Assembly (NCBI GenBank): GCA_963696385.1
Contig: CAVOKF010000007.1
Coordinates: 608,001-672,000, forward strand
DNA: 64,000 bases
From: an uncultured delta proteobacterium
GTDB lineage: Bacteria; Myxococcota_A; Polyangia; Polyangiales; Polyangiaceae
Direction: 5' to 3'
Part shown: in pieces, positions 19,481 through 30,389 of the stretch
How the letters are laid out: each line of letters opens with the position of its first letter
How positions within the stretch are numbered: the first letter of the stretch is position 1
Position numbers and translations under genes: made by a program
The notes under the pieces: model-generated
What the model saw: the letters and a program-made list of their open reading frames with translations, nothing else
Told to the model about the DNA's origin: nothing
Database searches by the model: none

Positions 19481-21844
19481 TTACTTTGCGACGGACACGG
19501 CGGCGCCCGGCCCTCGCAACGGTTGGGGGTGGACGCCGAGCCGCTGCAAGTACGCGATGAGCGCGACGATCTCGGACTTCGGATCGACGTTGGCGGCGCC
19601 GTCGTCCTGCAGGTTCTTTGCAATGTCCCGACCTTGCGCCTCGGCATCGGCACGCGCGTCCGCGAGATCCTGGGCGCCGTAGGGAACGCCGACCGATCGC
19701 ATCGCGCGCATCTTGGTCTCGGTCCGCGCCAGATCGACTTCATCGGTCGCGAGCACGGGGAAGGGCGGCATGTTGGACCCGGGCGAGATCGCGCGCGGGT
19801 CCACCAAGTGCCGATAGTGCCAGAGGCTCGGATACTTGCCGCCCTCGCGTGCCAGATCGGGTCCGGTGCGCTTGGATCCCCACTGGAACGGGTGGTCGTA
19901 GGTGGACTCGGCCAACGTCGAGGGATCGCCGTAGCGGCGGGTCTCGAACGCGAAGGGCCGAATCATCTGCGAGTGGCACGTGTAGCACCCCTCTCGCACG
20001 TACACGTCCCGGCCTTCGAGCTCGAGAGCCCGATAGGGCTTGGTCTCGGCCGCGACGGCCGCGTCGCTCGGAGTGGCGAGCAAGGACGGCACGAGCTCTG
20101 CGATCCCGCCGGCGAGCACGGCGATCACCGCAAAGGACGTGAAGTAGAGCGCCCGCCCTTCCAGGATCCGGTGCCACTGCGGCTTGTTGCGGTCCACGGC
20201 CAGCCGGATCGCGATCACCCCGAGGATGGCCGTCACGACCGCAACCGTTGCCAACAGGATGCTGGCCTCGTTGTTCACGACGGCCATCGACCCCGCGAGA
20301 ACCGCCACGATCGTGATGAGAATCACCGGCTTGCCGAAAAGAACCTCTTCCCAAGGGGCCTCGGGGACCCGGGAGCGGGCCACGGTCACCGTGACCTCGC
20401 CGTCGACGGCGTGGCCCGCGAGAGCGGTGCGGGCCAGATTGTAGGCCATCGCGATCATGCCGATGAGGTACATCGATCCGCCGGTCAGCCGCATCCAGTA
20501 CATCGGGCGAATCGCGTCGATCGTCTCGACGAAGTTGGGGTACGTGAGCGCACCTTGCGCGTCGGTCGCACGCCACATCAGACCCTGGGTGATTCCGCTC
20601 ACCCACATCGACACGACGTACAGCAGAATGCCGAACGTGCCGATCCAAAAGTGCGCGTCCGCGAGCCTTCTCGACCAGAGCTCGCGGCCGTACAGGCGCG
20701 GCACCATCCAGTAGAACATCCCGGCCGCCATGAAGCCGTTCCACCCAAGCGCGCCGCTGTGCACGTGACCGATGATCCAATCGGTGTAATGGGCCAGACC
20801 GTTCACCGCCTTGATCGACAGGAGAGGTCCCTCGAAGGTCGCCATGCCGTAGAAGGTCACCGCCGCCGCCATGAACTTGAGAACGGGGTCTGTGCGGACC
20901 TTGTCCCAGGCTCCCCGGAGCGTCAAAAGGCCGTTGAGCATTCCGCCCCAGCTCGGCGCCCAAAGCATCACGCTGAACACCATTCCGAGCGTCTGGGCCC
21001 AGTCGGGCAGCGCCGTGTTGAGAAGGTGATGGGGCCCGGCCCAGATGTACACGAAGATGAGCGACCAAAAATGAATGACGCTCAACCGATAGGAGTACAC
21101 GGGCCGGTTGGCCGCCTTCGGCAGGAAGTAGTACATGATACCGAGCACGGGCGTCGTGAGGAAAAACGCGACCGCGTTGTGCCCGTACCACCACTGGACC
21201 AGAGCGTCCTGGGCCCCACCGTAAATGGAATAGCTCTTGAAACCGGAAACGGGGACCGACAGCGAATTGACGACGTGCAAGACGGCGACGGTCACGATGG
21301 TGGCGATGTAAAACCAGATCGCCACGTACAAATGCTTCTCGGCGCGGCGCGCCAGGGTCCAGAAGAACTGGATGGCAAACACGATCCACACCACGGCTAT
21401 CGCGATGTCGATCGGCCACTCGAGCTCCGCGTACTCCTTGCCCTGCGTCAGCCCGAGCGGCAGGGTGATCGCCGCGGCGACGATGATGAGCTGCCACCCC
21501 CAGAAGTGAACCTTGGCCAACAGATCGCTCGGGAGCCTGGCTTTGACCAGCCGCTGGGTCGAGTAGTAGATGCCCGCGAAGATCATGTTGCCGACGAAGG
21601 CGAAGATCACCGCGTTCGTATGCAGCGGTCTCAAGCGCCCGTACGTGAGGTAGGGGGGCAGATTGGCCTGCCAGAACGCGAGCTGGAGTGCGATGGTCGC
21701 TCCGACCAGCATTCCGACGAGGCCCCAGATCACCGAGGCGGCGACGAACCAGCGGGCGATCGAGTCGTTGTAGACGATGCGCCGCGTTTCGAACTCGACC
21801 GGATGGCCGGGAGGCGTGGATTCAACCGTCACCGGTACGCTCAT
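19481..21844 (-). CDS. ccoNO: Fused cbb3 cytochrome c oxidase subunits I and II (CcoN-CcoO)
   Basis: [30 protein letters not shown]; CcoO part [23 protein letters not shown]. Confidence 0.95.
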   Translation of the reverse strand: MSVPVTVESTPPGHPVEFETRRIVYNDSIARWFVAASVIWGLVGMLVGATIALQLAFWQANLPPYLTYGRLRPLHTNAVIFAFVGNMIFAGIYYSTQRLVKARLPSDLLAKVHFWGWQLIIVAAAITLPLGLTQGKEYAELEWPIDIAIAVVWIVFAIQFFWTLARRAEKHLYVAIWFYIATIVTVAVLHVVNSLSVPVSGFKSYSIYGGAQDALVQWWYGHNAVAFFLTTPVLGIMYYFLPKAANRPVYSYRLSVIHFWSLIFVYIWAGPHHLLNTALPDWAQTLGMVFSVMLWAPSWGGMLNGLLTLRGAWDKVRTDPVLKFMAAAVTFYGMATFEGPLLSIKAVNGLAHYTDWIIGHVHSGALGWNGFMAAGMFYWMVPRLYGRELWSRRLADAHFWIGTFGILLYVVSMWVSGITQGLMWRATDAQGALTYPNFVETIDAIRPMYWMRLTGGSMYLIGMIAMAYNLARTALAGHAVDGEVTVTVARSRVPEAPWEEVLFGKPVILITIVAVLAGSMAVVNNEASILLATVAVVTAILGVIAIRLAVDRNKPQWHRILEGRALYFTSFAVIAVLAGGIAELVPSLLATPSDAAVAAETKPYRALELEGRDVYVREGCYTCHSQMIRPFAFETRRYGDPSTLAESTYDHPFQWGSKRTGPDLAREGGKYPSLWHYRHLVDPRAISPGSNMPPFPVLATDEVDLARTETKMRAMRSVGVPYGAQDLADARADAEAQGRDIAKNLQDDGAANVDPKSEIVALIAYLQRLGVHPQPLRGPGAAVSVAK

Positions 21845-21984
21845 TTCTTCTCGTCCTCCAGGGGCAACAACGCGAGTCGGTCGGCATGATCGAAGTCGCG
21901 CTGGCGGCAGGTGAACGCGAAGAGCAGCACCGAACCAACGACGAGCATCAGGCTGACGAACACTTGTAGGGTCACGACTTCCAC
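21841..21984 (-). CDS. ccoS: cbb3 assembly protein CcoS/FixS
   Basis: 47 aa with TM helix then [15 protein letters not shown]; lies between ccoI and ccoN with overlapping stop/start. Confidence 0.72.
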   Translation of the reverse strand: MEVVTLQVFVSLMLVVGSVLLFAFTCRQRDFDHADRLALLPLEDEKK

Positions 21985-24353
21985 AGCGAACTCCTTGGCG
22001 AGAGCGCAACCAGCGTGGCTGCAATCGTCGTCAGTGAGCTCACGGGCATGAGCACCGCGCATGCCAGCGGCGGCATACGCCCCGCGAGCGCAAGACCGAC
22101 GGTTAGAATGTTGTAAGCGAGGGCGATCGCGAGATCGACGCGCACGACTTGCGCCAGAGCGCGAGAAGTGCGTAAAGCCAGTCGGATCGGCGCGAGTCCT
22201 GGCGTGACGAAGAAAAAGTCGGCTCGCGCCGGTACGAAGGGGCGGTCGACTGAGGGCGTACCCGACACGTACGCCCGATCGATGGCGAGCGCGTCGTTGA
22301 CGCCATCGCCCACGAACAGGGTGTCGTCCCAATCCACGCGCCCGAGAAAGCGGGCCTTGTCCTCGGGGTTCTGATTGCCGATGCACCGGCGCTCGGCCAT
22401 GTGGCTTGCGCGGCCGGCGGCATCGACGCGGGCCTGAGTGTCTCCGCTCAGGAGCCACACCTCGTAGCCATCGCGAACCAGGGCATCCACCTCACCGGCG
22501 GCATCCGGACGCAGGCGCTCGGTGGTGGCAAAGCGAGCCAGAAGATCACCATCGACGCCGAAGGCGACGTCGAAGGCAACGTCGGCGCACGCCCGAGGGG
22601 CCACCCACGAGAGCCGCCCCAGCCGAAAGCGCCGGCTCGAGGAGACGAGCTCCACTCCCAGGCCGGGCGATTCGACCACCCGCGCGCCGGCGTCGAGGGT
22701 CGCGCCGTGGGCGTCGAGGACTTCGCGGATCGCTTGACTCTTCGGATGTGCGCTTCGACTCACGAGATCGACCAGGGCCTGGCGCGACACCGAATCGAGC
22801 GCCAGCGCGGCCTCGGGGTTGGCAAGCTCCAAGGCGCCGGTCGTGAGGGTCCCGGTCTTGTCGAAGACAATGCGTCGGACGGATCGTGCCCGATCGAGAA
22901 ACCCCGCCCGCCGGACAAACAGGCCGCGCCGGCGCAAGCCTGCCTGAACGATTTCGTACGCGAGCGGAGTCGCGATTCCGAACGCGCAGGGGCATGTCAC
23001 GATGAGGATCGACGTCGTGACGCTCAGGGCACGCGCGATGTCTCGCGTGGCGGCGTACCAGGCTCCGAAGCCGACGATCGCGATGCCCAGCACGCCGAGC
23101 ACGTAGAACCGTGCGAGCCGCTGCCACCAGGCCGACGTCCGCCCGCCGTCGCCCCCTCGCCGTTCGGGCTGACGAAGCAAGACGCGGAGCGGCGACGACG
23201 CGAACGCGGTCCGTGCGATCAGCGTGCAGGCTTCGGTCCCGGCGGCAAAGGCCCCGGCCGGCACGGTTTGCCCCGCAACGTAGGTGCGGGGCATGCTCTC
23301 GCCGTTGATCCAGTCGAGTGAGAACCAGGCGCTCGGGGCCTCCAACCGGGCGTCCACGGCCAGCAAGTCACCCGGTGCGAGCAGCAGCGTGTCGTCTGCG
23401 GCGATCTCCGCACATCGCGTGAGGCGAACCCGCCCATCCACGATGCGCCGTGCGAGTAGGCTATCGGTGCCGTCGCTTGCGAGCAGCCAGGCTCGGTTGC
23501 GCTCGACGACCCGTTCCTGAAGCCACCGCCCGACGAGCATGAGGGCGATGAACACGTTCAACGTGTCGAAGTACGCCCCCGCCGATCGCCGTGTCACGTA
23601 CGAATGGATGGATCCGGCGAAGGCGAGCGCGATGCCGAGCGCGATAGGCAAATCGAGGTGAATCAGACGCTGACGCAGCGCCTGGAGAGCGGAGCGGAAG
23701 AATACGGATCCCCCCACCGCGACCGCGACGGCGCTCAGCGCCACGTTGAGGGTGGTAAACAGCGAAAAGAGGGGCCCCTGGTCGAGCCCGGCATAGATCG
23801 CGATGCCGAAAATCATCGAGTTCATCGCGACGGCCGCGCAGATGCCCATGCGCCACACCAGATCCTGCGACGGCGGCGCCCGCTTCGACGGCGGCCCGAA
23901 GAGGTAGCCGAACCGTTCGACGCTCAAGACGAACGCGCGCAGGTCGAAATCCGCACGAACGATGAGATCGACGCGCCCGAGCGAGGGGTTGACCAAAACG
24001 CTCTCGTGACCCTCTTGGCGGGCAAACATTTGCTCGACGAGCCACACGCATCCGACGCAGTGGAGGCCTTGCACGTCGAGCGTGACACGCGCATGGCCCC
24101 GAGCGGTCCGCACGTCGTCCTCAACGGGCTCGAGCCACTTCGTGTCCCGCCGGTCGGCGCGCGTCGGCGGAGGCGCCGCCCCGCGTGCGCCGCCCAAGGC
24201 ATAGTAGCGATCCAGGCGCTCGTGGCGCAGGAGGGCGTGCACGGCCTCGCAGCCGGGGCAGCAAAAGTCACCCCGAGCTTGGGCGTCCAAGGACAATCCG
24301 CAATGAAGGCACGCTCCGGGGCCGCACGGGATGGAGTCGGCGGCGAGGACCAT
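21972..24353 (-). CDS. ccoI: Cu-translocating P1B-type ATPase CcoI/FixI
   Basis: CLHC..CCPGC, HCVGC HMA motif, TCPCA, DKTGT, HP, GDGVND, YN; TGES appears as NGES. Confidence 0.9.
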   Translation of the reverse strand: MVLAADSIPCGPGACLHCGLSLDAQARGDFCCPGCEAVHALLRHERLDRYYALGGARGAAPPPTRADRRDTKWLEPVEDDVRTARGHARVTLDVQGLHCVGCVWLVEQMFARQEGHESVLVNPSLGRVDLIVRADFDLRAFVLSVERFGYLFGPPSKRAPPSQDLVWRMGICAAVAMNSMIFGIAIYAGLDQGPLFSLFTTLNVALSAVAVAVGGSVFFRSALQALRQRLIHLDLPIALGIALAFAGSIHSYVTRRSAGAYFDTLNVFIALMLVGRWLQERVVERNRAWLLASDGTDSLLARRIVDGRVRLTRCAEIAADDTLLLAPGDLLAVDARLEAPSAWFSLDWINGESMPRTYVAGQTVPAGAFAAGTEACTLIARTAFASSPLRVLLRQPERRGGDGGRTSAWWQRLARFYVLGVLGIAIVGFGAWYAATRDIARALSVTTSILIVTCPCAFGIATPLAYEIVQAGLRRRGLFVRRAGFLDRARSVRRIVFDKTGTLTTGALELANPEAALALDSVSRQALVDLVSRSAHPKSQAIREVLDAHGATLDAGARVVESPGLGVELVSSSRRFRLGRLSWVAPRACADVAFDVAFGVDGDLLARFATTERLRPDAAGEVDALVRDGYEVWLLSGDTQARVDAAGRASHMAERRCIGNQNPEDKARFLGRVDWDDTLFVGDGVNDALAIDRAYVSGTPSVDRPFVPARADFFFVTPGLAPIRLALRTSRALAQVVRVDLAIALAYNILTVGLALAGRMPPLACAVLMPVSSLTTIAATLVALSPRSSLWKS

Positions 24354-24419
24354 GGTGGGGATTCGCTGACGGGGGGCATCGTCCTGCAGGGTCCAGATGC
24401 CCGGTCAGAACACCCTGGC

Positions 24420-24917
24420 TCAGCCCGCGCCCTGGGCAGGCGACGTTGCGCCGGGCAAGGCCTGGTCAGTTTGCGGCCCGTGGACGGTCAGCACCGGGCA
24501 GCCGGCCATTCTCACGACGTGTTCGGCAACGCTTCCGAGCAAGGCCCGGGGCAGACCGTGGCGGCCTTGGGTGCCCATGACGATGAGATCCGCTCCCATG
24601 CTTTCCGCGACCTCCCGGATCTCGTTGTATGGCGTGCCGCGCCGAAGCATTCCGCCGATCTCGACGTCGACCGCCCGGGCCCGCGCCACGACGCCATCGA
24701 GCGCGTTTTGCGCCGCACGTGCGACCGCCGATTCGAATTCAAAAGTTGCCACCATCGAGTCGGGAAAACCGTAGGACGGGCATTCGTAGACGTGCAGGAC
24801 CGTGATGGTTGCGCCCAACCTCCCGGCCAAGGCGATCGCGTAACCGAGGGCACATTCGGCCGGCTCGCCGAAGTCGTGCGGCACCAGGATCCGGCGAATC
24901 TCGGGAGTGAAGGTCAT
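24420..24917 (-). CDS. Universal stress protein (UspA family)
   Basis: RILVPHDF, LHV, ADLIVMGTQGRHG...LLGSVAEHVVR..CPVLTV. Confidence 0.93.
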   Translation of the reverse strand: MTFTPEIRRILVPHDFGEPAECALGYAIALAGRLGATITVLHVYECPSYGFPDSMVATFEFESAVARAAQNALDGVVARARAVDVEIGGMLRRGTPYNEIREVAESMGADLIVMGTQGRHGLPRALLGSVAEHVVRMAGCPVLTVHGPQTDQALPGATSPAQGAG

Positions 24918-25357
24918 GCCCGCCGGGCCGATGCAACGGCCCGGCCATCGCCACTCGGCCCGAGCAGAACCACGAGCGCGCGCAACGCATCGACGGATGT
25001 AAAAATGCCCGCGACATGGCCGTGGTCCACCACGGCGACGCACCCGTACTTGTGCTGCGCCATCTCGGCCGCCACCTCCGCCAAGGGCACGTCGGGGGCA
25101 ACGGCGTACACCTCGGTCGACATGGCCTCTTCGACCCTGACCGTCGATGGATCGACGTCGCGCAGCGTTTCGACGAAGAGCACGTCGCGCTGCGAGAGCA
25201 CTCCGACGATTCGTCCGCCATCGAGCACCGGAAGATGCCGGACGTCGTGGGCACGCATCCGGTCGAGCGCGGTCGACAACGACTGGCTGCGGCCGATCGA
25301 GTGCGGCGAGGGGGTCATGAAATCGCGTATGGGGCAATGCAGTTCATGCCTGGTCAT
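24914..25357 (-). CDS. CBS-pair protein
   Basis: MTPSP, MRAHDVRHLPVL, GVLSQRD, MAQHKYGCVAVV, GIFTSVD; stop overlaps USP start. Confidence 0.9.
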   Translation of the reverse strand: MTRHELHCPIRDFMTPSPHSIGRSQSLSTALDRMRAHDVRHLPVLDGGRIVGVLSQRDVLFVETLRDVDPSTVRVEEAMSTEVYAVAPDVPLAEVAAEMAQHKYGCVAVVDHGHVAGIFTSVDALRALVVLLGPSGDGRAVASARRA

Positions 25358-25370
25358 GGCGATCGACACC

Positions 25371-25386
25371 AGCAAGGATGTGGCCA
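25371..25386 (-). promoter_or_regulatory. Sigma-54 -24/-12 promoter heading the CBS-USP-cco operon
   Basis: TGGCCAC-ATCC-TTGCT on minus strand, 13 nt before ATG 25357. Confidence 0.7.
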
Positions 25387-25550
25387 GCCGAAGCGGCGGC
25401 ACTCTTGAACGGCCATGCTGCGCACGGGATGCGCGGAAGCGCAAATCGTGCATGCGCCTTCGACGTGCGCGAGGAACGTGCGCTAGGAAGAAGGATCCAG
25501 GTGGGCGACTCCGCCCCAGGGTGGGAACAGTCGGTGCAGGAGACCTGACG

Positions 25551-26627
25551 ATGCTGCTCGACCCTCTCACGTTCCGAAACGGCATTCGCGCGAATAACAG
25601 GGCATGGCTCGCACCGATGACCAACCAGCAGAGCCACGCCGATGGAACGCTCTCCGACGCCGAACTCGAATGGCTGGCGATGCGCGCGCAAGGCGGGTTC
25701 GGCGTCGTCGAGACGTGCGCCGCCCACGTGGCCAAGGACGGACAGGGCTGGCCCGGTGAACTCGGCGTCTTCGACGATAGCCTCGGCCCCGGGCTCGCGC
25801 GGCTCGCAGCGGCGCTGGCCCAACACGGGTCGCTCGGAATCGTGCAGATCTTCCACGGGGGCGTGCGATCGCCCTCCGCTCTCACGGGCGAGCAGCCCTG
25901 GAGCGCCATGGCGACGAGTGTCCCAGGGGCCGAGACACCCCGTGCCGCCACGATCGGGGACCTCACACGAGTCATCGCCCAGTTCCGCGACGCCGCGGTC
26001 CGATGCCATGCCGCCGGGTTTGCCGGCGTCGAGCTTCACGGCGCTCACGGCTACCTTCTGTGTCAGTTTCTGAGCTCGATGAACACGCGCACCGACGGAT
26101 GGGGCGGATCGATCGAGGGGCGCGCGCGCCTCGTGCGCGAGGCGACACGCGCGGTGCGCAGCGCAACCCCCGACCGTTTCCTCGTGGGTGTGCGCCTGTC
26201 GGCCGAAGACTTTGGAAACGCGCGAGGCCTCGACCTGGACGAGTCCGCCCGAGTCGCGCGTTGGCTCTGCGAAGACGGCGCGGACTTCGTCCATCTCTCT
26301 CTGTGGGATTGGACTCAGAACTCGCACAAGCGGCCGGACCAGCACCCCGTATCGATCTTCCGGGCGGCGATCCCGCGCGATGTGGTGCTCGTTGCCGCCG
26401 GGGACGTATGGACGCGAGCCGATGCCGAGGCGCTGATCGACAAAGGCGCGAGCGCCGTCGCCGTCGGGCGCGCCGCCATCGCGAACCCGGACTGGGCATC
26501 GCGCGTCGGCCAAGCCGAATGGGTCCCTCGACGTCCGCCGCTCACTCGAGCCGAGCTCGTCGCGCGGGGTTTGACTCCTGCCTTCGCCGAAACGATGCGC
26601 CGATGGAAAGGTTTCGTCGCGGACTAA
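25551..26627 (+). CDS. NADH:flavin oxidoreductase (Old Yellow Enzyme family)
   Basis: NRAWLAPMT, QIFHGG, GFAGVELHGAHGYLLCQFLS, RTDGWGGS. Confidence 0.92.
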   Translation: MLLDPLTFRNGIRANNRAWLAPMTNQQSHADGTLSDAELEWLAMRAQGGFGVVETCAAHVAKDGQGWPGELGVFDDSLGPGLARLAAALAQHGSLGIVQIFHGGVRSPSALTGEQPWSAMATSVPGAETPRAATIGDLTRVIAQFRDAAVRCHAAGFAGVELHGAHGYLLCQFLSSMNTRTDGWGGSIEGRARLVREATRAVRSATPDRFLVGVRLSAEDFGNARGLDLDESARVARWLCEDGADFVHLSLWDWTQNSHKRPDQHPVSIFRAAIPRDVVLVAAGDVWTRADAEALIDKGASAVAVGRAAIANPDWASRVGQAEWVPRRPPLTRAELVARGLTPAFAETMRRWKGFVAD

Positions 26628-26803
26628 TCGGCACGCCGGCCTGGGGCTTCGAAAGCCGGTCTCAGCCGTCGTCGGCGCGGGGTCCGTCGGCGCTCCGCCG
26701 GCAGCACGCTCCACAACGCGGGCTGCGGACGGTGCATCGAAGGACGCGTGAGCCACGCCACTTCGAGACCATCGCGCCGGCGCCCCCCGGGAAGCCCGAG
26801 AAC

Positions 26804-27439
26804 ATGAACCTGCTGATCATCGGCGCGTCGAAGGGGACCGGGGCGCTCGCCGTACGCGCGGCACTCGACAGGGGTCACCGCGTGACGGCGTTCGCGCGCA
26901 ACCCGCAGAAGCTCGAGCTGGACCATCCGCAGCTCCAAAAGGTCATCGGCGATTTCCATCAAGCGGCGTCGGTGGACGCGGCGGTGCCCGGGCACGATGC
27001 GGTCATCGTCACGGCCTCGGCGACCAGCCTCCGCGCCTTCAAGCAAAACCCCCGCTACTTCTCCCAGGGGACCGGCTACACCATCGACGCCATGAAGAGC
27101 GCCGGGGTCAGGCGTCTGGTGGTGCTGAGCGCCCTCGGCGTCGGAGACAGCCGGCCGTTGTTCCATCCGGTGATCCGGGCGATCGTGATCGACTGGCTGC
27201 TCAAGGTGGCCTTCGAGGATCACGAGAGACAAGAGCAGCAGGTGCGAGCGAGCGGCCTGGATTGGGTCATCGCGCGTCCGGGTCGCCTCTCGAACCGCCC
27301 GGCAGGCCGACAGTATGTCAAGAAGACGGCCATCGAATCGGTGCCGGGGTCGATCTCCCGCGCCGACGTGGCCGACTTTCTCGTGCAAGCATGCGAGGTA
27401 TCGACCTGGGTGGGTCACGCCGTGCAGCTCGGCGGCTGA
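26804..27439 (+). CDS. NAD(P)H-binding flavin reductase-like protein (BVR-B type)
   Basis: IIGASKGTG Rossmann motif, LDWVIARPG, ISRADVA. Confidence 0.88.
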   Translation: MNLLIIGASKGTGALAVRAALDRGHRVTAFARNPQKLELDHPQLQKVIGDFHQAASVDAAVPGHDAVIVTASATSLRAFKQNPRYFSQGTGYTIDAMKSAGVRRLVVLSALGVGDSRPLFHPVIRAIVIDWLLKVAFEDHERQEQQVRASGLDWVIARPGRLSNRPAGRQYVKKTAIESVPGSISRADVADFLVQACEVSTWVGHAVQLGG

Positions 27440-27560
27440 CGACGCGGACGCCTTTCGCCGATCCGCCTTGCCTGCCATCAGGCCCACCTGTCCCATGGTA
27501 TGGGCGCGGTCTTGCCGTAGGATGGGATCGCACCCGCAGGAGAACCCATGCGCGAGATCG

Positions 27561-29519
27561 TCAGTCGTCCAGGTAAAACGGGGTGTTCACGACGACGACC
27601 CGCGGGCCGCCGCGGAGCCGGAGCAGACTGCGGAGCACTGCGCCTCGGTTGTTGTGCAGAAACGCGTGGTAAAAGCGATGGACGACCAGGTCGGGAACGA
27701 TGACCACGATGTCTCGGCCCGGGTGGCCGTCGCGAAGCTGTAGGACGTAGTCCACGAGTGGCGCGAAGAACTGCCGGTACGTCGATTTGCGCAAGATGAG
27801 TTGCGGGGGCGGAAAGCCGGCGGCGCGCGCCGGCCCGGCGACCAGCTCCTCCCAGACGGCGGTCAGATCCGAGATCGTGCTGTCTTGAGTCAGGATGTGC
27901 AGCGCGCGCACGTCGGGCGAGAGCTCCAACGCGAAGCGAAGTCCACGACTCGTCAGCTTGCTCCACGACTGCACCGGAACGAGCACGATGGGCGGCTCTG
28001 CTTTCGACAGAACCAGGGGCTCATCGTCGGCCACTTGCTTCGCGACAGACCGGTAATGCCGGTTGATCCGCGCGAACAGCAGCACGACCAGGGGCACCAC
28101 GATGACGGCCAGCCAAGCTCCTTCCATGAACTTCGAGACCACCACCACGACGAGCGTGAGTCCTGTGGCCACGGCACCGACTGCGTTGATCCAGAGCGAG
28201 TGATGCTTGGCCGGCCCTCCGACTCGCCGCCAGTGCTGCACCATGCCCGCCTGCGAGAGCGTGAAGGCCAAAAACGCCCCGATGGCGAAGAGCGGGATGA
28301 GCCGATCGGTGACGCCACCGAACGCGATGAGAAGCGCCGCCGAGAAGAGCGACAGGACGACAACGCCGTACGAAAAGACCAGGCGCCGGCCGCGCGTCGC
28401 GAACGTGTCGGGCAGGAACCGATCCAGCGCGAGGACCCGGCATAGCCGCGGGAAGTCGGCGAAGCTCGTGTTGGCGGAAAGCGCGAGAACGGCTACGACC
28501 GAGCCCATCGTCACGTAGTAGAAGGCCCCCCGGCCCGCCACCGCGGCGGTCAACTGCGAGAGGATGCTCTGGTACCCGTCGCCTCCCGGCTCGGTCGCGC
28601 CAATGGCGTACGCGCGGCAGAGAAGGGCGATGCCTCCGAGGAGCCCCACGAGGATGGCGATGATGCTGGTCAGCGTCCACTCCGCATTGCGGATCGTCGG
28701 AGCCTTGAAGATGGGCACCCCGTTGCTGACGGCCTCGACGCCCGTCATGGCCGTACAGCCGCTCGAGAACGCGCGCATGAGCAGCCAGAGGCTCACGGTC
28801 GTCGTGGGCGCGGCCAACGCCGGTGGGGCCGTCACGGACACGGGATGACCGCCCGCGAGGGCCGCCTTGACCCCTCCGATGACGATGACGGTCGCGAGGG
28901 TCGCAACGAAGAGGTACGTCGGAAGAAGGAAGGTCAGCCCCGATTCGCGCGTACCCCGGAGATTGACGACCGTCAGCAGCGCCAGAATCGCGAGGCACAG
29001 CGGCAAAGTGAACGGCAGAAGCGAGGGCGCCGCCGAAACGAGCGCGCCGACGCCCGCAGAGATCCCCACGGCCACGTTGAGCACGTAATCGAGCGCGAGC
29101 GCGGCGCCCGCGAGCAGCGCCGCAGGCTGACCGAGGTTCTCCTTCGCAACCGTGTACGACCCTCCTCCGTTCGGGTAGGTCGCGATCGTCTGCCGGTACG
29201 AGAAGTACACGATGAGCAGCACGCCAATGATGATGGCGCTGATCGGGAGCACGTAGGCGAGGCCGAGCACGCCTACGGGCAGCAGCAGCGTGAGCGCCGC
29301 CTCGGGCCCGTACGCTGCGGAAGAGAGCGCGTCGAGGCCCAGCACCGCCACGCCGGCCATTGGCCCGATCTTCTGTTCCTCTTCGTCGGCAGACGCCAGT
29401 CGGCGACCGAAAATGACGTCTCCCAGCGTGCGCGCTTTGCCCGCGTGCGCCGTGCCCTCGACGACGGTAACGATCGGGGCGCGGGCTGATCTCGTGGGGT
29501 CGGGCGGGGCGTCGGTCAT
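27561..29519 (-). CDS. APC family permease, KimA/YdaO-like K+ transporter
   Basis: DALSSAAYGPE, YPNGGGSY, TGVEAVSNG, ANTSFADFP, LIPLFAIG; C-terminal cytoplasmic domain. Confidence 0.88.
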   Translation of the reverse strand: MTDAPPDPTRSARAPIVTVVEGTAHAGKARTLGDVIFGRRLASADEEEQKIGPMAGVAVLGLDALSSAAYGPEAALTLLLPVGVLGLAYVLPISAIIIGVLLIVYFSYRQTIATYPNGGGSYTVAKENLGQPAALLAGAALALDYVLNVAVGISAGVGALVSAAPSLLPFTLPLCLAILALLTVVNLRGTRESGLTFLLPTYLFVATLATVIVIGGVKAALAGGHPVSVTAPPALAAPTTTVSLWLLMRAFSSGCTAMTGVEAVSNGVPIFKAPTIRNAEWTLTSIIAILVGLLGGIALLCRAYAIGATEPGGDGYQSILSQLTAAVAGRGAFYYVTMGSVVAVLALSANTSFADFPRLCRVLALDRFLPDTFATRGRRLVFSYGVVVLSLFSAALLIAFGGVTDRLIPLFAIGAFLAFTLSQAGMVQHWRRVGGPAKHHSLWINAVGAVATGLTLVVVVVSKFMEGAWLAVIVVPLVVLLFARINRHYRSVAKQVADDEPLVLSKAEPPIVLVPVQSWSKLTSRGLRFALELSPDVRALHILTQDSTISDLTAVWEELVAGPARAAGFPPPQLILRKSTYRQFFAPLVDYVLQLRDGHPGRDIVVIVPDLVVHRFYHAFLHNNRGAVLRSLLRLRGGPRVVVVNTPFYLDD

Positions 29520-29573
29520 GGCGTCACGGGGCGATGCTAGGGTACGCGGCCCGAGACCGGCCATAGGAACCCG

Positions 29574-30299
29574 ATGACCGACCTCCCCGACGCGCGCGAT
29601 CACGCGTTTCCGTGTCGCCCGACGATCTCGTGCACGGCTGAGATCGCCACGCCCGGAACGCTCGAAGCCGAAGGCGGACTTCTCGGCTCCGGAGCCAAGG
29701 GTCCTATGCGCGAGTGGTCGTATCCACTCTTGCTCAAGCAAACGGTGACGCGGTGGCTGCAGGTTCAGGTGGCGTCGGGCGGTCTCACGACAATTCACGG
29801 GCCCGCACCGGCGCAGTACTTCGACAACGTGGGCGCTGGCCTCAAGATCCATCTCCACGATCAGGGGCCACTGTGGCCCTCGCTCGCCGTGACGGCGCTG
29901 GCCAGCGTCCCCACGCTCCGCAGCAACGGTTACCGCCGCATCGAGGACGGTCTCGTGACGGCGCACGCCTCGAAGGACGTCGCCTGGCTCCACGTCGATT
30001 GGAACGTCGGGCTGAATCTCTGGCGGCTGGAGGGCAAGCCTCTGTCGCAAGGATTCACGGCGATCGCCTTTTCGAGGAGCTTGCCGCCTCCGTTCTCGAT
30101 CGCGGTCGAAGGGTACGCCTTCTCCGACGCCGCTCCGATCGCGTCGCGCAACGGCGGCATTCTCGCCGCGCTCGGCATGACCCCGCGGCCATGGCTCGTC
30201 TTCGACTTCGGCGGAGACCTAGGGTTCTTCCCGTCGACGCGATCCTACAGCGTGTTCGTCGGGATGACGATCATTCCGGTCGTCTGGTGGCGATCGTAG
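29574..30299 (+). CDS. Putative outer-membrane beta-barrel transporter-like protein
   Basis: RPTISCTA..PGTLEAEGG and alternating amphipathic strands; no signal peptide (in-frame stop at 29538). Confidence 0.55.
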   Translation: MTDLPDARDHAFPCRPTISCTAEIATPGTLEAEGGLLGSGAKGPMREWSYPLLLKQTVTRWLQVQVASGGLTTIHGPAPAQYFDNVGAGLKIHLHDQGPLWPSLAVTALASVPTLRSNGYRRIEDGLVTAHASKDVAWLHVDWNVGLNLWRLEGKPLSQGFTAIAFSRSLPPPFSIAVEGYAFSDAAPIASRNGGILAALGMTPRPWLVFDFGGDLGFFPSTRSYSVFVGMTIIPVVWWRS

Positions 30300-30389
30300 C
30301 CGTCCCGCTCGGTCGAGATGGACCGCGTGCGGCTCCGCCGCGTCGTCGACGCCACTCGGCATTTCGGTCGGGCCACGCGCCGACCGGGG

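Noticed and set aside
24354..25550. FNR/FixK box (TTGAT-N4-ATCAA) upstream of the cco genes
   Set aside because: No convincing match found by eye in either intergenic region.
29520..29573. c-di-AMP (ydaO) riboswitch upstream of the KimA-like gene
   Set aside because: The intergenic space is only 54 nt and no recognisable motif is present.
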